DNA of 64,000 nucleotides. Source: Phoronis australis. Taxonomy: Eukaryota; Animalia; Phoronida. Both the position numbers and the translations under genes were made by a program. Positions 50,352 to 60,980 of the stretch are shown piece after piece; the stretch's first letter is position 1, and each line of letters begins with the position of its first letter. The stretch lies in the NCBI GenBank assembly GCA_002633005.1, contig NMRA01000564.1:89438-153437 (forward strand), in the 5' to 3' direction. A model generated the notes under the pieces. It saw nothing but the letters and a program-made list of their open reading frames with translations. It made no database searches and was not told the origin of the DNA.

Positions 50352-51349
50352 TTAACTATTTCAGTTGGTCAAACAGGTTAATCTAATGAGAGGCGAAAAA
50401 TTGGCATCAGTGGTCGACTACGGGACAAATATAGACTGAACTGTTGGTCGTTTCACGTCACACGGACCTCAGGAAAGTTATGTGGTACCTCGGGCCATGT
50501 GACCTGATACCACCCTCTGGTTCGGTACATATTTGTATTGCTGATTGGGGATGCATGTGACCGCGTGCTTTAAAATAATCCTACTGAGTTTTAGACATTG
50601 TGTCATGTAGTGACGAGTCCTCACGTCGCAATAGTCGTAATCTTCGGTGTTAATTACCTTTATTCCGTTTTATTTCCATAAGTCCTAAGGTATCACATTC
50701 GCCGTAATTTTATTCACCTGTGTTTTATGTAGCACATAGTCTCTTTCCTATCAGATTTCATTTTCATTTTGTATCCAGGTTCTTCTACAGACTTCATCTC
50801 TTGCAGTTTTCAGAATAAATAAAAAGTTCAGTTTAAAAGAGCAAAACAAAATGTTGATATGGGTGCACCTCCATCGACAAAGCTAACCGTGGGTACATGC
50901 ATTTATTTCTTTCGGGTATCACTAAGAAAAACTAAATGCATTACTTGTAGCGAAGTTCTTAAACCCCATACTTATCACCTGAGGATGAATAAAAACACTA
51001 GGCCTCAAATTTTGAGTCCTGCCAACCTGAAGTCACGAAACAATCACATTGCTCAAAATTCAACAAAAAAACGTGCAAATCTTGCCCAAAAATGTCATTG
51101 AATACTAAAGACAAATTTGACCACCTGTTCCTCTCTTTGCGAGTTCGAGTGTCCATCATTTTTTATATCCTTCATAATTCCCTGCTCCAAAGTGAGAGGT
51201 CTCAGGGCCACGGTTAGTCGCGGTCACACCAAAGCTGCGTTTTTAGTTTTGGTTTGATTACACGAACTTAAGCTCGTTCGTCAGTTCTCCAAACTGTTAA
51301 AACAGGCTTCACATGTTTAGAAGCTACATAGAATTGGCATTGTCACTTT

Positions 51350-51484
51350 GCAGCAAAGCTGAGGTCGTGGGTTCGACTCCCACTGGGCCACACTGCTAGA
51401 CCCTTGAGTCAGGTTTCTTGCTCCTCAACTCGGTTTTAACTACATATTAATAAAGCACAAAAATAGTTCCAGGTGATCAGTGCA
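51350..51484 (+). mobile_element. tRNA-derived SINE, copy 2
   Basis: GGTTCGACTCC B-box plus a body matching 4010-4130. Confidence 0.7.
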
Positions 51485-52948
51485 ATGGGCCCACATGCGC
51501 ACGTCTGGTACAACGTGTGCCAGACCGCCTGCAATTATTTTTTTATTTTTGCAGCAAAGTAACGTTAAGACTTCATTATTGGTTTAATGACTGGTAATTT
51601 GCAATACTTTCTGGATAGTTTGGTAATTGTATTTATTTTCTGATATATAGGACAAAAGAACATTCCACTGGTTAAAGTTAGGGATTGACGAAAAACCCAT
51701 GTGAAAGATCACAGACTTTTGCAACTGTTCAAGCTGTTCAAATTTCTTCAAATTGCGACAGTTTGTGTAGACCTCTGAAGCACAAACTGTCGTATTTTGT
51801 TGCAACAGTTTGAAGTGTGAATAATTGCACAATCGGTCGTAACCCACAACTTGCAACAAAAGGTACAGACGACAATTGGGGAAACAAAACGCAACGACGT
51901 CAAAAAACGGCGTTACTCACAGACAACATGCACGTAGAGTTCCGTCCAAGAAGTGAAAATTTGTCTCAACTTGTTCTTTGCTCGTATGAGAAGCGGTTTT
52001 TGATGTTGCAAAACAACTGGCAGTTCGTTATTTTCTTAAAATGACACGCCGTGGCAAGTCTAATTGTAGAACCTAGAACAATGACCAGCTGCCAGTTCTC
52101 TGACTGGAAATCATCTTCAGTTTGACCACTTTATAATATGAGACCAACTTCGTAACGCTATATGGTCCAAATGAAAAAGACTTTGTGTCATTTTAGTTGT
52201 GAGTTTTCAAAAATCATTGACTTTTGTGTTCTGGTATAATCAAATGAATTTAAAATGTGTCAATTTCATAAGTAGAACCCTGTACTGTAGTTCACAACGT
52301 TTACTGTTTATTAATCAAAATAGTGTCCGACCTCGTTAGCTTTTCCCTTTTCTCAATACTCTCCTGTTCTAGTGAAACATTTTAAATTGCCATCTCATGT
52401 TCATCAAGCTCCAACACTGACAAGGAGTACAATCATAAGTAGTGTTCTTACGTTCTCAGTTCCATAATTCATGATCTATTGCCGTAAGTACCTCGGGGTA
52501 TTGGGTGTTCAACGATGAGGGAAGAGGCTCTCCGACGGATGTTTATTTAGTGATGACATGTGTGGTATTATTATGACGTTATTTAGACCGGAAAAGAGTA
52601 ACAGGTGAAATCATATTCATTCGATAAGTTCTTCCATTTCCGTGTGACCTCATCATCTACATTACTTCTTGTAACGTCGTACGGAGAATGACGAATTGTA
52701 CCGAATGAGAAATGCACGGCAACATCACATTGTCGACATTAGTTCATAAGTAACCAAGGGCGTCTTCAGTATTTAATGCTTTACAAAACTGCTCATTTGT
52801 GATCGGTGTTCACCGGAAATATTTGCATCTGGCATTGTATACTTGGACATTCATTGTATTGTATTTGCAATCCATAGAACCAATGAACAGAAGCCAAATT
52901 TCCAAAAATAGGTGTACTGTTTAGCGCAATTCAGAAATAGTTTGTCTT

Positions 52949-55900
52949 CTAAACTTTATTTGCGACTGGTGGGTGGTTCGCGCAGTCGCAGCACCACACC
53001 TTGATGGAGATAGTGCTATCGACAGGCTCGATAGGTTGTTCGTGGAGTCTGTTGCATTTTGCAGGTAGAACCACTTTGCGCGGTTTGTTGATACAGCGCC
53101 CCCTAATGTTACACCAGTAGTTGATGCAAGGCTTGCTGGAAAGAAAGAAACGGGAATAATGTATTCTATAAGCTCCAGATTCTAAATAGCATGAAACAAG
53201 TCAGCCAATTATGTCAGTGAGTAGCTGTTTAGAGTTACAGTAGAGTTGACAAAATTCAGATTTCGCAAGGAAAACTCAAAAATGACAACAAAGTTTGTGT
53301 TTCCTGTTGAATTTCTGTTTCATAACTTAAAATGTTCGTTTTGTTAGCAAATGCCCACCACGGAGATGGCGCACGAGCTTTTCCGTCTATGGAGAAGCGA
53401 CGAGCCAAGTTAAACTAATAAAATAAATCCTTTTCAAAACTGATTGACTTCTTTGCGCGAAGTCGATTTTATGCTTTAATTGCTTCAATCATTTTTCAAA
53501 ATGACGTAAATAAAGGTTGTTTGTTATTGATTTTGAGTACTTCGGTTCTTGCATTTTGGCTTTTACACAAAAAGATATATTAGTAATGTTTTTAAGTATT
53601 ATTTTAGATTAATTTCCTCTTACTTGCTAGAAAGAAATAAACATCATGGCCAGGCGTGCGTTCGGTAACGCTAGTACGTTTGCTAGGACCTAGCTAAGTT
53701 CTAGCCAAAGTCACGTGTTCTCATTCAAAATAAAAGGCTTACTCTCACGTAATCTCGCGAAGTCTTGCTTCTTAGCAAGGTCCTAGCGTTACTGAACGGG
53801 AGGTTGGTCTTTCGAGCACGCTGGTACTCTGCGTGCCGCTAGGTGGTAGCCAGCAAGCAGCTGGGTACCAGCGCACGCGCTTTATCACTGGTTGATGTAA
53901 CCTCGGCAGTCATTCGGGTTAGCTTTATAACAAGGTGAAATAATGGTGCACTATGAACGATCTTTAGCCTTGATGCAAGTGGCCGCGTAGCAGCAACTAT
54001 TTCGTTTCTGCAGTAATGTTTAATGGACGCGTTCTTGAAGGTCATACATGTAGCCTACAATAAACACATCGTCATCTGGCCGATTTAACTAGTGTTCTTC
54101 ATACTGTATGAATACAGGAAAGCAACGTAAACAAAAGTCAGTGACAGTAGAAAGACGCACTCAGAAAAGGAGCAACAACAATTTTCTGGGATTCACATTT
54201 CTTGAACATGAATTTTAAGCACCGATTTCTCTGTACAACAGGCTACATTTAAACTTCCTCAATCAGTCATGCCCGTTTGTTTGCGTAAAGCGCTGCCTAT
54301 TGAGAATTCGACCAGCCAATCAGAAACGCCGGTGTCAAAAAAAAATCCCGAGGAAAATTAAATGATACCTAGCTCCGTGCTGGCTACCACCTAGCGGCAC
54401 GCAGGGAACCAGCGAGGTCTTTCGAGTCCCACCTTTATGTTAAATCTCAGAAATTTGTCAATAATTAACCACAGAGACGTAGAAAAATACATTTGGGAAC
54501 AAGTCAATGCACCAAAGAGTTGTTTGTTGAAAGGGTGTAAGTTTTTTCGGAAAACTAGGTTCGAAACATGAAAAGTAAATATGACTAAATTGCTGCGATC
54601 GTGTTACGGATTAGGTATATGCTGAATGCAGGTTACGTTTCTCCTTGTAAATTGTAATGAAAATACTTTCTGCACGAACCAGGTCATCTGCTCGTAGTTG
54701 TAGAGTTGAATATATATTTGACAGTGGTGGTTATCACGTTTCTTCAGGGGCTTCGTTCATCCGACGGTAAAGGTTTCTGTGCTTCAGAGAGGGGAATTTT
54801 TCGCCAAGTGAGGGGGAAATTCTACCTCCCGATCACCATCAATAGCAACCGCGCCCTGTTGCAAACTCTCTGTTTCAAGTAACATTTTGTGCTCTTTCAA
54901 ATTGTCACTTGTGTGGTTACAGGTGGTTTGAACTTCGCTGAGAAATTTTCAATTATTTTAGCGAAATTTTTATTCCTCGTGGGGGGAATTGCGCGTGATT
55001 TTTCAATATTGAGAGGGAATAGGGTCGATATTAAGCCCCAAAATCGAGGGGTTAAGGGCCCTGTCCTATTTGGAAAGACATGCATCATGTTTCAACCCGT
55101 AGTCATGGCTGGCCGAGGATTCACCGGTCGTTGCTATGACGCTCGGCAAACGAGATCCTACAAAATGTGATCAAACTTTCGGAAAATAATCAATTTTAAC
55201 CGGAAATATTTTCCTTCGTCGCGGCGTATGGAACGACCCAACGTTTCCGAATCTCAACGTCTTTAAGTATTGTAAAAAAAGGGTTGTTGGATGTCCGTTT
55301 TTTCTATCGCCGTCCGAGTAATGCCGATTAGCCATTTAACGGAGCAATCGAAGTGAGCTTCGTTTTGAAGCGCGCTTTTTGTGTACGTTTCAGAAAGTAC
55401 CCTATTGTGAATTGCGTAATGGCGATATATATCAAAGTTCACACGATACCCATTGGTGTCCCCTTCCCAACCGGCACCTAAACAGTGAAGTCTAAATAGC
55501 CCCAGGACTGACAATAACAAACTTACTGTGGTTCCACGCAACGCCAGCTGATCAGCTCATCGTCCTTTGAGATAGAACAGTTACTATATTTGCCGTTCCT
55601 GTAAGGACCGAGAGGCAAAACGTTTGGCTCAACCTTACAGTTGTTACAGGCGCACGTGTCGCTGCCCATGTCTGGCTTGCTATAAACCGCGGCGAGGCTA
55701 ATTGCAATGAAGATTATCTGAAATAAAAATGCACGTTTTTATGAACGTTTTTTATTCCACATGCATATAAGTAAAGTTTACAGAGATTGTGAACTTGGTA
55801 ATAAATATTTTACAAAATTGACATATGTACTTCAAACGTTTTTATTACGGAAAATGTCACATTCAACTTTTCGAAGAAGTGGATGGCTCCATACCCATTT

Positions 55901-56451
55901 CCGTCAGAGCAGCTCAAATAATCACGACAAAGGGTGCAACAATAGATAATTGAAATCAAGTATTTGAAAATTATCAACATCAATGAAAATAATGTGAAAC
56001 TAAGTATCACTGAGAATGCCTGGCACAAGTCAAAGCAAACCTAAGCACGGAAAATGATAATCAATTAATTTCCCATAGTTTCACCAAAACATGTTGACTT
56101 GCATGCGATCAGCTCAAACAGTCTTTTCAAAAGGTTAAACTACGTTCCTAGGTGGTTGCTGCATTTTATTAGTCGTCCTGTCTGAATACACAATTTGTTT
56201 TCTGTTTGTGAAATGCGCTTGCGTGACGCTGTTTTTCCATAGTAAAACGTCCAGGCCTTGTTAAAATAGCAGCGTTGGTTATAAGAGTTAGCAAAGGTTT
56301 CTCTGCCAATTTATATAAATGGGATAGGAAATTTTAAAAACAGTATTTCTCGGTTCGAGCTGACATAGAACAGATGTTTTAGTATGCAGATGTAAGAAAT
56401 TTGTAAATTGTAATGAGAGAATGATGATAAATTAATTACCAATAGCTTCAT
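52949..56451 (-). CDS. Secreted 12-cysteine cystine-knot-like protein, paralog 2 (129 aa)
   Basis: Exons (minus) 56451-56440, 55717-55527, 53135-52949: MKLLIIFIAISLAAVYSKPDMGSDTCACNNCKVEPNVLPLGPYRNGKYSNCSISKDDELISWRCVEPHKPCINYWCNIRGRCINKPRKVVLPAKCNRLHEQPIEPVDSTISIKVWCCDCANHPPVANKV*; exon sizes 12/191/187 are identical to paralog 1. Confidence 0.88.
53651..53803 (+). mobile_element. About 150-bp MITE, copy 2 (intron of paralog 2)
   Basis: Matches 37873-38024. Confidence 0.75.
53817..54416. mobile_element. 600-bp Mutator (MULE)-like non-autonomous element
   Basis: About 40-50-bp TIR C.CGCTGGT..C.CTGCGTGCCGCTAGGTGGTAGCCAGCA; 10-bp TSD GTCTTTCGAG at 53807-53816 and 54417-54426. Confidence 0.85.
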
Positions 56452-56499
56452 CTTGCTCAATGATCACAGGAAGCTTAGACACGGAGTTCGGGTCTTCCA

Positions 56500-56580
56500 G
56501 ATGCGTCAATGGAAATAAAATTATTGAAACTGCAGAGTAACCGCTATAAATACGTGATATCGTTCGCGCATGCGCGTTTG
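56500..56580 (-). promoter_or_regulatory. Proximal promoter of paralog 2: TATA box (TATTTATA, 56552-56545) and NRF1-like palindrome CGCGCATGCGCG (56565-56576)
   Basis: About 95 nt upstream of the ATG and conserved with paralog 1. Confidence 0.55.
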
Positions 56581-57149
56581 TGCCTTATGCATGAACTAAA
56601 CGGTCAGAATGACTAAAAACATAACCATAAAATTTAAAAAAGCAAATTTTAGTGTTTATTTCTGAATCATTTTCAGGTATAAATATGGCTTAGTGGGTGG
56701 ATGACAAATAAAAAGTATATAAGCTAACACAAGCCGGAAAATAAAATACGACTAATGTCATGTTTGGCGTAACCGTTCATAACCTTCCGCCGGAATTAAG
56801 CGACGTAATTGACGACAATGAAGTATGAATTAACTGTGCAAAATTGAACAGAACTACGTAAAATTGCCTGAGACAACACTTCAACTGTTGTCAATAGCTA
56901 TCTTCATCAAAAATACTTTTAACGCGTCTGCGTGAATGTGCTTTTCTTTAATTTCGCAAAATCTGCGACCCTCGACTTCCTCTGAAAATAAGTTCATGAC
57001 AATTTTAAAGAGGCCTTGAACGCGATAAACAGACTAAATTGCAATATTGAAAGTGGTTCTCTTTTACTGAAACACAACCTGCTAACCAGGCATTTTTAGG
57101 GTTTGTTCGTAAAGATTTTTAATTTCTGTTGATATCAAAGCATTTTCTT

Positions 57150-57430
57150 TTAGTTTCAAATTTCAAAAAACCATCTGTCAACTGCTTGTCACACTGCAAA
57201 GCACGTCTCATTATATCGTATGACAAGACATAGACGTAGCACATTTCACTTATCTGGAAAATGTGACCTTTGACCTCAAACGACTTCAAGCAACTGACTC
57301 TGAGCGCATGTTCGCATTTATCATAAATGGGAGGGAGATTAGAAAGTCTGTGGTAACCACAGAGTTGTTCCTTCGCGCGTATTTCAAAAATTGTGAATTT
57401 CGGATTTTTTTCTGGAAATTTCCTCAAAAA
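57150..57430 (+). repeat. Dispersed repeat family, copy 2 (internally deleted)
   Basis: Matches 7820-8370 and 63480-63780. Confidence 0.65.
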
Positions 57431-58109
57431 AGTTTTTTCGAGGAGAAAAGTTTTCTCCGCCGAGAATTTTTTTTCTGGAGGAAACCTTTCCGCTGCAGAG
57501 AATATTTTTTCGTAATAATAATAATGATAACTTTATTTAAAGAAGGGGCCACCGGCCGACAGTTCACAATAGTATATACAAACTTTATGCATGGATGCAC
57601 AGTCATTAATAAATGATTAAACATTTCATTTCTAATCACCATTGCCCTTTGTAGATACATTGAAATGAAATGTTTGTTGTTCTCGAGTTAAAAAGAGACC
57701 GGTTGCATGAAACAGTCCCCTCCCAAATAGGGACTCAACTTAAATCCCTAAATCTTTTGTGTATTTGTTTCGTTGTTTATTCACAGATGCAATACTTTTC
57801 TATCATTTTATCTTTATTATGAGCTTCTCTTTGACTAATGACATTTTCCAATAATATAATTAAAACCTGAGCACTTAATTCAATCAAAACAATTTTCGAC
57901 GTAGTCCTTAAATTAGGGCGTTGCATGAAAAACCCCTAATTATTTTCAGTAATATTGCGAATTCAATGTTAACTTCACTTTCCATTTGTATCAAGCCAAA
58001 AATTCATCAGCCGTTTTCAGTTTCTCATGTGTGAGTTGAACATCGAATGTTCGCTGTGTAAAGTATCTGCTGCTGCGTCATCTCCCCACATAAATACTTT
58101 TCACAAGAC

Positions 58110-58565
58110 AACCCGTTTATGGTATTCACTGTGAAGGAGAGCAATGTGATCAGTTTTATATGGGCGAGGCTGAGCAACCGCTCAAGAAACGCAGGTACCA
58201 ACATAGGTGGGCTGCGGGGGAAGGAATTTTCTCAGCACGCACGTACTCATGAGTTTAGTAATGAAAATGTAGAGATCCTGTGCAGAGAAAAGAACTGGTT
58301 TAATAGAGGGTGCAGTAGGCTTTTTACATCACAGCTCTACAGTATTCTCTAAACAAACTAGGTGGCGCCAGATTCAAATTGTCCTTGTCCTGGAACGAGA
58401 GTATAGAGGCAGTTTCGAACAGAGCTCCCGCGACTCATCACACTCAACATCCCATCGAAGGAGATGAGAGGTCTCCCAAGATCTGAGAGATCAAAAAGGT
58501 AATCCAGCAAAAGATTTTTAACTGTAAAAATCATGAACATTCCTGGATGACCCAAAGTCTACACT
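58110..58565 (+). mobile_element. Penelope-like retroelement 3' remnant (GIY-YIG endonuclease region)
   Basis: VYGIHCEGEQCDQFYMGEAEQPLKKRRYQH...HARTHEFSNENVEILCREKNWFNRG...SLNKLGG matches the Penelope endonuclease pattern, with frameshifts. Confidence 0.7.
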
Positions 58566-59626
58566 TTATTATTCCGCTGTAAAATTCGCACTTATTTGCA
58601 TTTTGACTACCGACAACCAACTTAACAAGTTAACATCTCTCAGCCTTTGTTTGAAATACGACAAAAAAAGTGTTCATCACCAACTCCCTGGTTCAACGAT
58701 ACATGACCAAAACCAGTTGTATACAACAAATTTCAATACGGGTACAATGTTTTGACCATGCAGTTGCCTTTAATATAACGTGAAAAAAAACATTATTTTG
58801 GAAGTTTGTCGTTTTGAATTTTCAATATATTTGAAAAAATATTATTTCGACCTACACATATAAGACGCAGATAAATCATGACGGCCGCATTCTCCTTTGC
58901 CATGGCGTTGGTCGTCTTAATAGTAACCATTTACAGAATTTTGTTTAAATATTTTCAATTTATATTCTATGCGTAGTGCCCCAAATTCATACTCCATAGA
59001 TTACTGTGTGTGTCATTGTCTCAAACAATTTAAAAAAACATTTTTAAATTTTTAAGAAACTAACAATGCCTTTCTTCTAGGTTACATTTGACACAGAAAA
59101 TGTTTCACCAAATTCATTGCTTTGCTTTTTGAATTTGGTGCGAGTGTGGTTCTGCACGTTCTCCAACATATTCTACTAGGGGGTTTCTGATTTTTCTGTG
59201 TGTGTTTGATATATTTGACTTATGGAAGTTTACAGACGTATTCCACCTTGAAGCCTAACTTCAACGGAATTGTGTTATTTAAGATGTATTGGGCTAACCA
59301 GTTAGCTCTAGCAAAGCCTTAGCAAAATAAGAAAACGCGAATTCAATCACGCAAATGAAGGCCAGTCAAACGATAGATGAAACTGCATTTTCGTGCCATA
59401 TTGCGTCACAGCGAGATCCCAGCAAAAATAACACCGATATTAGTTGTGCTGAATAGGTGTCTGAATAAGACACCATTGCGGGCGGGTGTTATTCGCAGCT
59501 GTTTGAATTAAAAGGTGATTCTCGCGGTGACGTAGGCAAAAACAAGCCAATACGCCTAACAGTTTGTAACGTTTGACAATTTATGGCACTATGGGCGATG
59601 TCAGCATTCCCGTGCTGCCATTATGG

Positions 59627-60347
59627 CGTTTTGTCCATGCCCATCTTGCAGAGTCTTAGTTAGTTTTATCTATTTACGTCATAATAAATGATAATATTCG
59701 CAATCCTCCTCTTGTTTTACTCTGCAACATAGCTCGTGGCGTACCCCGGGCAAAATAGATTACGATAAATTAAATTTAACTTGTTAAATGCATTTATCGT
59801 CATTATTTTGACACTTGTCTCTTTATTTTGATACCAGTCCTTAGGGTTTATTTTGCATTACTCATCTCTATTTATANCTGTTTATAGCCTCAAGGGCCTA
59901 CTTTTGTATTCATACATTTCACTACGCGACTTCTGATTGGTCGCCCATATTTCCTTTGTTCAGTTCAACGTGGTCTCTCATTCAGTCACCTACCTCGTCG
60001 TCTACAAGACCTACGTTCGTTCTCTGCATTTTTTCCCCACCCCCCATCCCGGGTGTCGGTTCCACTTTCTCTTTGCTCATATACATTTCCTGTTAGGTTT
60101 TTTCAAGTTTTATGTTCATGTTCTGTACTTTTCCTTTAAGCTCTTCAGGCGGTTCTTTTGTTTTGCTCCCTCTTTCCGGGCTATTCATTGTACACGCCGG
60201 TGGCCGTTTTGTCCATGCCCATCTTGCAGAGTCTTAGTTAGTTTTATCTATTTACGTCATAATAAATGACAATATTCGCAATCCTCCTCTTGTTTTACTC
60301 TGCAACATAGCTCGTGGCGTACCCCGGGCAAAGAAGATTACGATAAA
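59627..60347. repeat. Pair of about 142-bp near-identical direct repeats (59627-59769 and 60206-60347)
   Basis: CGTTTTGTCCATGCCCATCTTGCAGAGTCTTAG...GTGGCGTACCCCGGG.CAAA..AGATTACGATAAAT occurs twice, about 580 bp apart. Confidence 0.9.
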
Positions 60348-60980
60348 TATATTTGTAGTAGGCTCAGAGCGATAATCTTAACTTACTGTAGGAACCAATT
60401 TTTCTGGTGTTACCCTTTAAGATAGGTTTTAAACAATTTTTTCTCACACATCCAATCGTCGACAATAAAAAGACACGATCCAATGACCCAATTAATAACA
60501 GATTGGTAAAACGTCAAAAGTCTAAATTTTCAGGCTGTTTGAGAAACTATGTACTTTTACTGAATTAAAATTTACTGTTTCCATGGTATTTTGCTAAATG
60601 CACAGCCGTGTCGATTACGTCATACATATCTTTAACGAAAGATTGAAGTATATCGTTTTTTCGATGAAGCCAAGTATTTTCAATCTTTCAAAAATACATT
60701 TCATTTATAAACGTGCGTTTGCCTCTATGGCGTCAATGTTATTATACGTTTAATGAATGTAACGTGTTAGACAACGAAAAAAATCAATTGCGTATATTGG
60801 TATGTGTGCGTTTTTCTTCTTACAGAGAAATTTGAACTAACCATTTTGATGATTGTGAGAAACGTTCCTTTGTGGTCGACAAGGAAATGTCTGTATTTCA
60901 TGAATCAAAAATCGATGAAATTCAATTAATCAACTTCGAAATTTTTCTTGCAATTTTTATCATCTTTAGTTGGAAGGTTT

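Noticed and set aside
3962-51484. tRNA genes at GGTTCGA.TCC motifs (about 4012, 18560, 33696, 51370)
   Set aside because: No complete cloverleaf; the shared non-tRNA body in two of them indicates SINE heads.
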